Origin: an uncultured Gammaproteobacteria bacterium
Lineage (GTDB): Bacteria; Patescibacteriota; Microgenomatia; Levybacterales; GWA1-39-11
Length of the DNA stretch: 64,000 bases
Reading direction: 5' to 3'
Assembly (NCBI GenBank): GCA_964531275.1
Contig: CAZHDZ010000005.1
Span: 12,545 to 76,544, forward strand
Shown: positions 24,561 through 34,405 of the stretch, piece after piece
How the letters are laid out: the number at the start of each line of letters is the position of its first letter
Numbering within the stretch: position 1 is the first letter of the stretch
Program-made: the position numbers and the translations under genes
Notes under the pieces: model-generated
Told to the model about the DNA's origin: nothing
The model's database searches: none
Seen by the model: only the letters and a program-made list of their open reading frames with translations

Positions 24561-25481
24561 ATGAATCATCAAATATTACTCTGGTACAAGTATGTGGGTA
24601 TAGAAAATCCAATACACGAAATGCGCGAACAACGCAGGCTTTGTGAGAGCTTGGGGCTTTCCGGAAGAATTATTATTGCAACTGAGGGTATTAATGGTAC
24701 GGTTGAAGGTGCTAAGGAGTCAACAGAGAAGTATATTGAGGAATTGTCAAAAGATCCAAGATTTTCAGATATCCATTGGAAGAAATCTATTGGCACAGGG
24801 AATGCATTCCCAAAGCTTTCAATTAAAGTACGAGAAGAAATCGTAAGCATGCATTTGCATGAAAATGATATAAAGCCATGGAGTGTGACAGGTAAGTATT
24901 TGTCACCTGAGGAGCTGCATGGGTGGTTTGAACGTGGTGAAGAATTTTTTATTGTTGATATGCGCAATGATTATGAGCATAAAGCCGGATATTTTGAAGG
25001 GTCAATCTTGCCGGAGCTGACAAATTACCGCGATCTGCCAAAAATATTGCCACAACTCGCGAGTCTCAAAGACAAAAAAGTTTTAACTGTGTGTACAGGG
25101 GGAGTTAGGTGCGAAAAAGCATCAGGATTTTTAGTTGCAAATGGATTTTCAGATGTCTATCAACTTCAGGGAGGGATTGTAAGCTATATGGAGAAATATC
25201 CAAATGAGCATTTTAAAGGCAAGTTATACGTTTTTGATCAAAGAGTGCTTATGGGATTTAATACTACTGATGTAAAGCACGAAGTGGTTGGTAGATGTGA
25301 GAAGTGCGATAGTAAATCAGAGCACTATATAAATTGTGACACCGTAGGATGCCATAGGCATTTTATTCTTTGTGAACAGTGTGTTGAAAAGTCAGGAAAA
25401 CTTTGTCCAAGTGGGTGCACTTATCTTCGACAAAAGCAACGAGAGAACCCCGTCCATACAGAGAACCACAATATTGGATAA
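24561..25481 (+). CDS. trhO: Rhodanese-domain tRNA U34 hydroxylase TrhO/YceA (UPF0176) with Cys-rich C-terminal extension
   Basis: LLWYKYVGIENP...IIATEGINGTV N-terminus and rhodanese active site CTGGVRCEKAS. Extra C-terminal CxxC pairs (CEKCDSKSEHYINCDTVGCHRHFILCEQC). Extended -10 promoter TGgTATAAT lies upstream at about 24538. Confidence 0.75.
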   Translation: MNHQILLWYKYVGIENPIHEMREQRRLCESLGLSGRIIIATEGINGTVEGAKESTEKYIEELSKDPRFSDIHWKKSIGTGNAFPKLSIKVREEIVSMHLHENDIKPWSVTGKYLSPEELHGWFERGEEFFIVDMRNDYEHKAGYFEGSILPELTNYRDLPKILPQLASLKDKKVLTVCTGGVRCEKASGFLVANGFSDVYQLQGGIVSYMEKYPNEHFKGKLYVFDQRVLMGFNTTDVKHEVVGRCEKCDSKSEHYINCDTVGCHRHFILCEQCVEKSGKLCPSGCTYLRQKQRENPVHTENHNIG

Positions 25482-25487
25482 AAAACT

Positions 25488-25910
25488 ATGGGCGACTTTC
25501 CGAATGTGCCACAATCATGGAATGAATTAGTTGCTTTACGAGATTATCTTACTGACTGCGACCCCCAATTTTTAAGGAAAAAAGAGGATAGAGATAAATA
25601 TGATAAGTATCAATCTTCGCTTCCTCGAGATGAATTTATACAAATGATAACATCAAAATTTCAAGATAAGAAAATTGCTCTAATAGAGAACATTTTCCCC
25701 CATACAAATGTCTTGCAGGATTTACCGGATGTGGAGCACTATTGTCTGTGGAGCATGGAAGGAGAGCTACCCAACGAGAAAATAAAAGAAATAGTTGAGG
25801 AGAAATTTAAGAAAGTTAATTGGATATCTATGACACGAAAAGAAGGAAAAGTCTCAGTTGCCGAAATTTGGCATTCTCATATCTATATCCAGAATAAACA
25901 GTATGTCTAG
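25488..25910 (+). CDS. Hypothetical protein
   Basis: ORF only. Confidence 0.4.
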   Translation: MGDFPNVPQSWNELVALRDYLTDCDPQFLRKKEDRDKYDKYQSSLPRDEFIQMITSKFQDKKIALIENIFPHTNVLQDLPDVEHYCLWSMEGELPNEKIKEIVEEKFKKVNWISMTRKEGKVSVAEIWHSHIYIQNKQYV

Positions 25911-26613
25911 GTTGGATTTATTACGAAAAGAACTACATTCCTTGGGGACTGAGAAGAAGGCAAAAGCAAGCACTTGGTTCTTTAAAACAAAGGAGGGACA
26001 GTATGGATTTGGTGATAAATTTATTGGTGTTACAGTTCCAGAGCAGCGAGTAATCGCAAAAAAATACAAAGATTTAGATCTATATAATCTTGAAATATTA
26101 CTTTCCTCAGATATCCATGAAGAAAGACTGACGGCACTTCTTATCTTGGTAGGACAATTTCAAAAGGCAGACGAATTAAGACGAGAAGAACTATTCAAAT
26201 TTTACATAATGCATCTGAAGGGAGTAAATAATTGGGACCTTGTTGATAGTAGTGCTGATAAAATAATCGGAGAGTATTTACTCGACAAAAAGATTACTTT
26301 ACTATTGTCTTTTGCAAAATCTGAGAGTCTTTGGGAGAGAAGAATTGGAATTGTGGCAACCTTTGCTTTTCTAAAAAATAATAATGCAAAACCAACCTAT
26401 CTGATTAGTGATCTTTTACTTTCAGATCGTGATGATCTTATCCAAAAAGCAGTAGGCTGGATGCTCAGAGAATCTGGTAAAAAAGTTTCGGAAAAGGGAC
26501 TTGAAGAATATCTAAAGAAGAACTATAAGAGGATGGGCAGGACTACTTTGCGATACGCTATTGAAAGATTTGACGAGGATAAAAGAAAAGAGTATCTTTC
26601 TGGTGCTGTCTGA
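25903..26613 (+). CDS. DNA alkylation repair protein (AlkD/AlkC-like HEAT-repeat glycosylase family)
   Basis: LLRKELHSLGTEKKAKASTWFFKTKEGQYGFGDKFIGVTVPEQR... fits the DNA_alkylation family. The ATG at 25903 overlaps the upstream stop (ATGTCTAG). Confidence 0.65.
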   Translation: MSRLDLLRKELHSLGTEKKAKASTWFFKTKEGQYGFGDKFIGVTVPEQRVIAKKYKDLDLYNLEILLSSDIHEERLTALLILVGQFQKADELRREELFKFYIMHLKGVNNWDLVDSSADKIIGEYLLDKKITLLLSFAKSESLWERRIGIVATFAFLKNNNAKPTYLISDLLLSDRDDLIQKAVGWMLRESGKKVSEKGLEEYLKKNYKRMGRTTLRYAIERFDEDKRKEYLSGAV

Positions 26614-26872
26614 ACTTAATTCTAAATTCGGATATTTCTTTAACCTCAGTATTAGAATTTAGAACCTCCAGGAAAGCAGTTATTATTCTTCGCGGGATGG
26701 CAGTTATCTTTTTCATAAATACATTAAAACATCCAAATATGTAGATTGCGGTAAGAAACAACACAAGAAATATGTAAGATAAATTACCTTGTCTCTTGAC
26801 TCTTACAGAATTAAGTAAGAATACTTTCTTGATACCTGCGAAGATAATATAAATCACTTGTTTCTTGAGTTT

Positions 26873-27598
26873 TTAGAGGGTGTCAGCTATGTGTGTTTTT
26901 TGTTTTAATTTTTTTAGATTAAAAATAGTAACTTTTCCTTTATCAAGAGATATTAATTTTTCATCTTCTAATTTATTGAGCGCAATTGTAATTGTTTCTC
27001 GGAAAGCACCAACAAATTCTGCAATTCTTTGATGGGTAAAGGGTATAGGGAGTACGATATTTTTGTCTTGTTTTTCACCAAATCTCAGAGCGCAATCTAC
27101 TAAGAAGCTTGCGACTCTAGCTGTGGTATCTGTCAATATAAATCCTTCCAATTTTCTTTCAGCATTATTTAGGCGCTGAATAAATGAATGCATAAGATCA
27201 ACTACGTGTTCTGGATTTTCTGATAATATCTTTAAGTATTCATCTTTAGAAATTGACGATATTTCACAGTCTGTTAATGCTTCTGCGCTGTGTCTTAGAA
27301 TTCCGTCTTCTGATGTAATAGCTCTAAGTCCCAATATACTTCCGGGGCCATATAAATAAATAGCTGCGTCACGCCCACTTTCAGAAAGCCTATATAGCTT
27401 TACGTACCCCTTCATTACGCAATAGATTTTTCCTGGAAGATCGCCTTCATAAAATATAGTTCCTCCCTTTTTAATTTTGAGCGGATTACGCTTGGCGTAT
27501 AAGGAAAAGAAGGCAGTAAAGTCCGGTTTCTTCCAAAGAGTATTGAGGCGGCGGGACAAAGACGAAGTGCTTTCCGGCATTTCGTTGATTATATGCAC
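26873..27598 (-). CDS. Crp/Fnr-family transcriptional regulator
   Basis: cNMP-binding beta-barrel (GGTIFYEGDLPGKIYCVMKGYVKL) and C-terminal HTH (QRIAEFVGAFRETITIALNKLEDEKLI). Confidence 0.8.
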   Translation of the reverse strand: MHIINEMPESTSSLSRRLNTLWKKPDFTAFFSLYAKRNPLKIKKGGTIFYEGDLPGKIYCVMKGYVKLYRLSESGRDAAIYLYGPGSILGLRAITSEDGILRHSAEALTDCEISSISKDEYLKILSENPEHVVDLMHSFIQRLNNAERKLEGFILTDTTARVASFLVDCALRFGEKQDKNIVLPIPFTHQRIAEFVGAFRETITIALNKLEDEKLISLDKGKVTIFNLKKLKQKTHIADTL

Positions 27599-27636
27599 AT
27601 GTAATTTCTATTACAATACTCTTGTAATATAGATTA

Positions 27637-28815
27637 CTAATTTTTGCCACTTCTCTTAACAAGATAGCCTGTACCAATTGTGGCGGCAACCCCGGCAGCA
27701 AGAACGCTTCCTGCTAATGCAACTTTTCTTGGTGTGATATCAAATCCGTCCATGCTCTTTGCTATAATTCCGCGTTCTCCAAATTCAATGCCCGTGTCAA
27801 TTCCTTTGTCTTCTAAAAATTTATTCATGTCTCGGCCAAAAACTGGATGAGTAACGAGCCTAACTTGTTCTGCGATATATTCATCTATCGTTGTAATAAG
27901 TCGTGGCTCTTGATAGGTATTGGATAGTATTGGTACCTGCGGTGGTTTCATGAATTTTCTTTGTTGTTCAAATAAATCGCGTACCTGTCCTTCAACCGGC
28001 TTCATAACATTCCCATGGAAACCAACGCAAGATGTTGGTACGTCATAAAAATGAATATTGTATCCTTTATATGCATCCTTAAGAAATTGATGAGCCTCTT
28101 TAAGATCTGATGTTTCTCCACCTAAGATAATTCTTCCATCTGAAATGTCTATGGCAAGAGACACAGCATTTTCCCTTTGTAGTGAGTCTCTACGAATGGT
28201 ATCTATTATCTGACGCTCTTCATCTGTAGCTCGGGTTTTTCGATCCCCTACGCTAATTAACATATGCCCGCTGGGGGGATTGTCTTTCATTTGTTGCATA
28301 ATCTCGCCTCTGAGTGCAGCTGTTTCGATTGTGAGCATTACGGCATCTTTAGTGTTGCGTGGCCCGTAAATACCGGCAAACCATGCTGCACTCAGTAGGC
28401 CCGCGCTTTGGCCGGAGACTGCATACGGCGTGTTTTTTAACTCATCTGGGTTTGCGTGTTCGTGCACTAATGCAGAAAAAGTATTTACTGAAGCGATAAT
28501 AGGCTGAGCATATTTTGTCTCTTTAAGGTCATCATTGGTAAGACTTCTCATATCATAGCCAAGAGAAGTTTCAAGACTGTTATAGCCGTTTTCTACCTGT
28601 GCAATTTGACGAAGTGATTTTTCCATTCCTGCCACCTGGGGAGCACCGTGTCCTGCGAAAAAGACAACATAATCTTCAAGGGCTTCTCCTTCTGCATATT
28701 CACCAATAGGGTGTACGAGGGGTCTGTCAGGTGTGCGTGGTATTACGAGCTCAGAGACGATATTAAATGCTCTTGATATTTGACTAGGATCCGATTCCGC
28801 TGCCATTAGGCACAT
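27637..28815 (-). CDS. FabD-like acyltransferase (malonyl-CoA:ACP transacylase family) with C-terminal TM anchor
   Basis: Aligns with the FabD blocks: FFAGHGAPQVGM (FVFPGQGSQ), AQPIIASV, active-site Ser in VSGQSAGLLSAAWFAG (GHSLGE), and His in VPTSCVGFHGNVMKPV (SVPSHCALMKP). C-terminal hydrophobic segment ALAGSVLAAGVAATIGTGYLV. Confidence 0.55.
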   Translation of the reverse strand: MCLMAAESDPSQISRAFNIVSELVIPRTPDRPLVHPIGEYAEGEALEDYVVFFAGHGAPQVAGMEKSLRQIAQVENGYNSLETSLGYDMRSLTNDDLKETKYAQPIIASVNTFSALVHEHANPDELKNTPYAVSGQSAGLLSAAWFAGIYGPRNTKDAVMLTIETAALRGEIMQQMKDNPPSGHMLISVGDRKTRATDEERQIIDTIRRDSLQRENAVSLAIDISDGRIILGGETSDLKEAHQFLKDAYKGYNIHFYDVPTSCVGFHGNVMKPVEGQVRDLFEQQRKFMKPPQVPILSNTYQEPRLITTIDEYIAEQVRLVTHPVFGRDMNKFLEDKGIDTGIEFGERGIIAKSMDGFDITPRKVALAGSVLAAGVAATIGTGYLVKRSGKN

Positions 28816-28880
28816 TGTACATAATGATTACAGGGGTAACAAGATGCATAGAGTATTTTTGATAGAATACAAGTATTCAT

Positions 28881-29363
28881 ATGAAGAAATATAAAGTAGG
28901 ACTCGTAATCGGCAGATTTCAGCCATTTCACAATGGACATGTGTACCTTTTTGAAAAAGCATTCGATCAATGCGAAAGAATAATTATTGGTGTAGGGAGT
29001 GCTAATAGAAAGAATAAAAATAATCCTTGGTCTGCACATGAACGAAGGCTAATGCTTGAAAAATTTATTAATAAAAGTGGTTACGGTGATAGAGTTCTTA
29101 AAATAGTAAATTTAGATGATAATCCTGATGATGACATATGGTTCGAAAACCTTTTTAAAAAAACTGGGCCATTCAATGTCACGCTAGGTAACAACGAGTG
29201 GAATAACGAAATTATAAAAAGACATGGGATTGATGTGATATACACAGGTCTTCACAATAGAGAGGAACTGGAAGGGTATAAGATAAGGGCGCTTATGTTG
29301 TCTAAAAAAAATTGGAAAAATAGGGTGCCTCAATATTTGGTTAGTTTGATCCGCGCTTTGTAG
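28881..29363 (+). CDS. Nicotinamide-nucleotide adenylyltransferase (NadM-type cytidylyltransferase fold)
   Basis: GLVIGRFQPFHNGHVYLFEKA (H/TxGH motif) and SANRKNKNNPWSAHER. Confidence 0.8.
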   Translation: MKKYKVGLVIGRFQPFHNGHVYLFEKAFDQCERIIIGVGSANRKNKNNPWSAHERRLMLEKFINKSGYGDRVLKIVNLDDNPDDDIWFENLFKKTGPFNVTLGNNEWNNEIIKRHGIDVIYTGLHNREELEGYKIRALMLSKKNWKNRVPQYLVSLIRAL

Positions 29364-29385
29364 AGTTATTTGATACCATTAGATA

Positions 29386-30045
29386 GTGGTTATTTTATTT
29401 TTCTTAGAACTTATCGTTCTCTTCTTTATGTCGCGCCAGTTGACCTCAGAGCTGTCATTACTTTTTTACAAAGTATTTAAAAATCAAAAAATCGCTATTT
29501 GGTTGATGGCTATGCTTTTTTTGCCGGGGACAGTTATTCATGAATTCTCTCATGCATTAATGGCAAAAGTGCTCTTTGTATACGTAGGGAAGATGAGCCT
29601 TTTTCCTCAATTAAATGGAAATAGTCTGAAGTTGGGAAGTGTTGAAGTTGGGAAGACAGATATCATTAGGAATTTTTTAATAGGTATTGCACCATTTATT
29701 ATAGGAACGACCTTGCTATTGTCGGTTCTTTTTTACTTTTTTATAAATCAATTATTTGGATTCAATCTCTATACAGTTTTGGTTCTTACTTTTACTTTTA
29801 TGATGGCAAACACAATGTATTCATCAAAAAAAGATATGGAAGGAGCAATTGAATTCATCCTATTAATAGTTGCTCCAATTATTGTTCTATATTTTGTAGG
29901 AGTTAGAATTCCAGGATTAACGTGGGATTTATTAAGCGGCCAAAATTTACAAGATTTTTTTACGACTGCATGTATTCTTCTTGGGATACCATTAATTCTT
30001 GATTTGGCAATCGTGGTTTTTGGGAGAGTAGCTATTAAAAGATAG
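29386..30045 (+). CDS. Peptidase M50B-like integral membrane metalloprotease
   Basis: HEFSHALMAKV sits in a TM helix, the HExxH placement of the M50 family. About 5 TM. Confidence 0.5.
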   Translation: MVILFFLELIVLFFMSRQLTSELSLLFYKVFKNQKIAIWLMAMLFLPGTVIHEFSHALMAKVLFVYVGKMSLFPQLNGNSLKLGSVEVGKTDIIRNFLIGIAPFIIGTTLLLSVLFYFFINQLFGFNLYTVLVLTFTFMMANTMYSSKKDMEGAIEFILLIVAPIIVLYFVGVRIPGLTWDLLSGQNLQDFFTTACILLGIPLILDLAIVVFGRVAIKR

Positions 30046-30079
30046 CCTTGAAATAATAGATTCCTGCTCATACAATTCA

Positions 30080-30475
30080 TTGATGATAATAGAAGTAGAT
30101 TGTCTTAGATGGAATCCTAATAATAGTAAATGGAAATCGCTTGGAAGTGCGTATGTCCCGGAGCGTCAAGATCTAACAGTAGATCATTTGGAAGATTCAC
30201 CGATCAGCGTGATAAATTCTTTTGGGGGAACATATGGCAATATCGATTTATCTAAAAGTAGAAATCAGGTTCACAGTTGGGTCTGGGAGAATGAAGTGTG
30301 GAAAATGAATTATGCAAGCAATGTCTTGCTTCTTGAGGAAGGTAAGCCGATATGGATAGGCAAGGGAAATTTAGCTATTAGCACCTCGCTTTTGAAGATT
30401 CCCGTCGAGTGGGACCCTAAAATAATTGATGAGATTAATGATTTTCTATATCCGTCTAACTCAGGTAGAATTTAA
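30080..30475 (+). CDS. Hypothetical protein
   Basis: ORF only. Confidence 0.35.
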   Translation: MMIIEVDCLRWNPNNSKWKSLGSAYVPERQDLTVDHLEDSPISVINSFGGTYGNIDLSKSRNQVHSWVWENEVWKMNYASNVLLLEEGKPIWIGKGNLAISTSLLKIPVEWDPKIIDEINDFLYPSNSGRI

Positions 30476-31950
30476 ATTTCTCCAACGCCGTCGAGTAGTG
30501 AGTCTTCCCATCTAGCAACTTTTTGGTCAGGTAGAATAATCGCTTTGGTAGGCATGAGCTCTTTTATAAAATCCTCAGTGTGACTAACTATAAGTATTGT
30601 TCCTTTATACTTCTTAATTGCTTCAAGAATAATTCTTTGAGACATTACGTCAAGATAGGTCGTAGGCTCGTCGAGAATGAGCATGTTAAAGTTATCAAGG
30701 AGAAGTAGTGCAATTGAGAGTCTTGTTTTTTCTCCTCCTGAAAGAGAGCCAACGCGCTGGTAGACTTTGTCTCCAGTAAATAAGAAGGCTGCCAGATGCG
30801 CACGAATTTTCTCTTCCGGAAAAGCTTTGTAAAAAGCGACGGTTTCGAGCAGATTCTTGGTAAAATCAAGTGCTTCTAATTCCTGAGAGTAATATCCGAT
30901 TTTTAGATTTTGTCCCTTAATTATTTCGCCATTATCAGGTTCTACTTCTCCCATGATCATTTTTATAAATGTGCTTTTCCCTGCACCATTTCTACCAATA
31001 AGAGCAACCTTGTCGCCTTTTCCTATAGTTGTAGTAAAGTCCTCAAGGATAACAAGATCATCAAAGGCTTTTGTCACATCTGCAATTCTTACCGGGATAT
31101 CGCTGATTGGGTGTGGTTCTGGAAGATTTAGTCTAAATCCTCTTGCTTCCTTAGGAAGTGGAGGGAGGCTATCTTTTATTCTTTCGATTCTTTTTTGTAG
31201 TTGCACACGTTGTCTTACTCCTTTTTCAGACTTTCTTCCCATCAGTCCTACAAGGCTTTTTTCCATTCTTTTAACATGCTTTGTAGTATTTACGATTTGA
31301 CGAGTTAGCAGGGCATCATGTTGTGCCTTTAATTTCAAATATTGGGAGTATGTTCCCTTGTATTCTTCAATTTTTGCTTTTAATGGATCTATAGTCATTA
31401 CTTTATCTATTGCCGAATCGAGAAGATCTAGGTCGTGACTAATAAGTAACAATGTTTTTGGATACGATGAAAGAAATTTTGCAACCCATGCTTTTCCCTT
31501 GGTGTCTAAAAAGTTAGTTGGCTCATCAAGGAGTAATATATCTGGTTCTAGAAGAAGGGCGCGGATAATTGCAAGTTTTGTTTTTTGACCACCAGATAGG
31601 TTGTGAGGTTCTGAGTATAGGTCGATATCGTTCATTTCAAGACCATGGATCATTGATAATATTTCTCGATCTTCTCTAACGTAATACTCGTCAAGATACT
31701 CACGAATTGTATTTGCCTTTTCAAGAACGGGGTCGTATTTAATTTCTTGTGGGACAAGAACAATTGAGCCATCGATTACTATCTCTCCTTCTCTGGGATG
31801 TTCTTCGCGCATTAAAAGCTTGAAGAGTGTGGATTTTCCAGCACCATTCGGTCCTGCAATTCCCACAATTTGTCCTTCTCCAATAGTAAAACTTACTTCT
31901 GTAAAAATTGGTCGAAGATGTGCAAAAGAGATATTTTTAGCCTGAATCAT
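30472..31950 (-). CDS. ABC-F family ATPase (two ABC domains, no TMD)
   Basis: Walker A twice (GPNGAGKST, GRNGAGKST), signature LSGGQKTKL and LSGGEKTRL, and an inter-domain linker. Confidence 0.85.
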   Translation of the reverse strand: MIQAKNISFAHLRPIFTEVSFTIGEGQIVGIAGPNGAGKSTLFKLLMREEHPREGEIVIDGSIVLVPQEIKYDPVLEKANTIREYLDEYYVREDREILSMIHGLEMNDIDLYSEPHNLSGGQKTKLAIIRALLLEPDILLLDEPTNFLDTKGKAWVAKFLSSYPKTLLLISHDLDLLDSAIDKVMTIDPLKAKIEEYKGTYSQYLKLKAQHDALLTRQIVNTTKHVKRMEKSLVGLMGRKSEKGVRQRVQLQKRIERIKDSLPPLPKEARGFRLNLPEPHPISDIPVRIADVTKAFDDLVILEDFTTTIGKGDKVALIGRNGAGKSTFIKMIMGEVEPDNGEIIKGQNLKIGYYSQELEALDFTKNLLETVAFYKAFPEEKIRAHLAAFLFTGDKVYQRVGSLSGGEKTRLSIALLLLDNFNMLILDEPTTYLDVMSQRIILEAIKKYKGTILIVSHTEDFIKELMPTKAIILPDQKVARWEDSLLDGVGEI

Positions 31951-32003
31951 ATCCTATATTATACATGATCCAAGTGAATTACGGGAGGAGATGTATTATT
32001 AAA

Positions 32004-32420
32004 TTAAAAAACGTGGATATTGTCGGTTTTTGTTTCGGAAGTATTATCGATGTATTCGAAGGTTGCTTGTATCTTAACGTTTCTGATATTTTGGTGCTTT
32101 ATGCAAACACTTCCTGAGCATGTTCCAAGAAAGAATTCTTTTGAAATATTATGCTTTCCATTTGGATTGAATGATCCGGATATTCCTTGAGGAATTCCAT
32201 TTGCATCATAAGTGAGAACATAGCTTACATTCTTAACCCATAGAAGAGGAGCGAAATGAACTTTTACAATTGCCTTTTTAGCAATTCCCATTCCAAAAAC
32301 TCCTGCTACATGAGGAATACGAAAATGAGATGGAAAGTTAGGTGTTGCAGCTTGTGTGGATGGTGTGAATGGAATAGCGAGTGCGACAACGAGTAATAGT
32401 GCAAATAGGAGTTTTTTCAT
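32004..32420 (-). CDS. Hypothetical secreted protein
   Basis: Signal peptide MKKLLFALLLVVALAIPFTPSTQA. Confidence 0.45.
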   Translation of the reverse strand: MKKLLFALLLVVALAIPFTPSTQAATPNFPSHFRIPHVAGVFGMGIAKKAIVKVHFAPLLWVKNVSYVLTYDANGIPQGISGSFNPNGKHNISKEFFLGTCSGSVCIKHQNIRNVKIQATFEYIDNTSETKTDNIHVF

Positions 32421-32511
32421 CTGTGTTGAGGATACATAAAATTTACAGAGGTGTCAATTGCGTGGAGGGAGAAAGAGGAACTATGGGTTATCACTCAATC
32501 CCGAAACAATT

Positions 32512-33771
32512 TTATTCAAGTAGATCGAGAATGAGAGTAGACCAGCCGAAGTTTTTACGCCTATATCCTTCTCCTGTTTCCGGATTGTAGTATTCTCTAA
32601 ATCCTTCGCGATCAATCATCTCAGACATTTTATCAACTGCTTCTTTTGCGAGTTTTTTGTAGCCATGCTTTTGTAGTCCCTTAATAACAAACCAATTGGT
32701 TGCAAGCCATGTTGGACCGCGCCATAGAAGTTTTGCTTGATGAAATGGAGTGTCACCAGGTACATAATATTTTTCGTCGCGACTGACGCTTGGGAAGGGA
32801 TAAGAAGTCCAGAACTCATCTGGATTATGTAAGTGGTCTTCTACTAAAGTTTTTAGTTTTGATCCCTTTAGTCCCTGGAGGAATAATGGGGCAAGAGAAG
32901 CAACCGTTTTAACTTTCGCATGTTTTTCTTCTTCTTTATAAAGTGAATAAAATATCTTGTCCTGATCATTCCAACATTTTGAAATAATTGATTCTTCAGT
33001 CTTATTTGCGATCATATTGAAGAATACGGATTCTGGTTCGTTGTCGATCTCTTTAAAAAGCCGAGAAAGAGCTCGTGCGCTTTCAGCAAAAATTGTATTA
33101 AAAAGTAATTCTTCTACATTAAAATAGTCTTTCTCAAGAATTTTTTTACTGTCGAATCTAAATCTTTGGTTAAGGATGTCTGCTCTTCTAAATGCATAAT
33201 GTAAATGAGCAGTTTCAAGCCCTGTATATCCTACAGCATATTGAAAAACTGGTAACTCATCCATACCGCTTTCATTGGGGGAAATTATTGAAATTAAATA
33301 ATCTTGATCTACATCCCGATTTTCTAAAAGCCATCTGTGATTTTTGGCAAGCGCAGGAAGAACTTCTTTTAAAAATTCGCGATCCTTGTCTTTTTGAAAG
33401 ATTTTTTCAACAGATATGGGAAAAATTGGAGGCTGGGTTATTGAGGTCGTTCTTGGGCGCAATGAGATCGCACTCTCAATATATGCCCAGTGCGGCAACA
33501 TTCTTTTTTTACCCCAAAAAATTATATGTGGAATAAATCCACTAGCAGACTGAGCTTTGAGAAAGTTTCGTATCTCATTTTTTGCTCGTATGGTATCAAA
33601 GTGAGAAAGCACAATAGCATGAAATCCTGTGTCCCAATACCACTGAAATACATATTCTTGATTGGCCGGAGCTATGAACTTATAGTCAGTATCCTTCCAT
33701 TCTGAATAACCAGAAAGAGTATTTAAGTCGAAAATTCTTTGGGCCTCTGAAATTACATCAGCTTTTTTCAT
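32512..33771 (-). CDS. (alpha/alpha)6-barrel glycoside hydrolase, GH63/GH37-like (glucosidase/trehalase-like)
   Basis: WYWDTGFHAIVL and LLWRGPTWLATNWFVIKGL motifs resemble GH63/trehalase-type catalytic domains. Family assignment is tentative. Confidence 0.45.
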   Translation of the reverse strand: MKKADVISEAQRIFDLNTLSGYSEWKDTDYKFIAPANQEYVFQWYWDTGFHAIVLSHFDTIRAKNEIRNFLKAQSASGFIPHIIFWGKKRMLPHWAYIESAISLRPRTTSITQPPIFPISVEKIFQKDKDREFLKEVLPALAKNHRWLLENRDVDQDYLISIISPNESGMDELPVFQYAVGYTGLETAHLHYAFRRADILNQRFRFDSKKILEKDYFNVEELLFNTIFAESARALSRLFKEIDNEPESVFFNMIANKTEESIISKCWNDQDKIFYSLYKEEEKHAKVKTVASLAPLFLQGLKGSKLKTLVEDHLHNPDEFWTSYPFPSVSRDEKYYVPGDTPFHQAKLLWRGPTWLATNWFVIKGLQKHGYKKLAKEAVDKMSEMIDREGFREYYNPETGEGYRRKNFGWSTLILDLLE

Positions 33772-33823
33772 ACATTTTTGAGGGAGTATCTAATTTATAT
33801 AAATTCAGTGTGTATGTACGGAA

Positions 33824-34396
33824 TTATCCGTTAGGATCTGGTGGGAGGAACTCTTCGCCACCGTGGTCTTCTGATTTTGTATATTCTCCAGCCTTGAGCC
33901 ATTCTACATAGGTGCATCCGGTTGCTTTGCGTGCCTTAGAGTCCCAACCGCTTGTAGAGCATTTTTTCATTTTCTTGCCAGCAGCTGTTGTGTAAAGAAC
34001 GAGCTTGTTGCCACAAGTAGGACAATCTTCATCGAGTTGTTCTGTGGTACCGTTGATCCATTCTACGAAATCACAACCCGAGGATTGCTTGGTATCCTTA
34101 TCCCATTTATTCGTAGAGCATTTTTTCATTTTCTTTCCAAATCTTGTTACTACAAGCGTCAGGGGGGAGCCACATTTTGGGCATGCTTCATCAAGCTTCT
34201 CAGGTTCTACTTCCAACCATTTTACAAAGTCGCACCCAACATTCTTTCTGGTTTCTTTATCCCATGAGCCATTTGTGCAGCGTTGTAGCTTTCTTCCTGT
34301 AGGGGTTGTTGTTATTTCTCCGAGTGGGCTTCCACACTTAGGACACATTTCATCTGACATGGGATTTATGGTACGTATTTTATCTAAAGAAGTCAA
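33824..34396 (-). CDS. Protein made of three tandem topoisomerase-type C4 zinc-ribbon repeats
   Basis: Triple repeat CPKCGSPL...(K/R)...C(T/S)N..WDK.T.....GC.FV.W(L/I), resembling the zf-C4_Topoisom domain. Repeats are also visible at the DNA level. Confidence 0.55.
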   Translation of the reverse strand: MTSLDKIRTINPMSDEMCPKCGSPLGEITTTPTGRKLQRCTNGSWDKETRKNVGCDFVKWLEVEPEKLDEACPKCGSPLTLVVTRFGKKMKKCSTNKWDKDTKQSSGCDFVEWINGTTEQLDEDCPTCGNKLVLYTTAAGKKMKKCSTSGWDSKARKATGCTYVEWLKAGEYTKSEDHGGEEFLPPDPNG

Positions 34397-34405
34397 TAAG
34401 GGATA

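Noticed and set aside
26558-26857. 99-aa minus-strand ORF in the convergent gap between alkD-like and crp
   Set aside because: It overlaps the 3' end of the alkD-like gene, is very AT-rich and low-complexity, and has no recognisable start context. It is more likely a spurious ORF in an AT-rich terminator region, though a tiny membrane peptide cannot be excluded.
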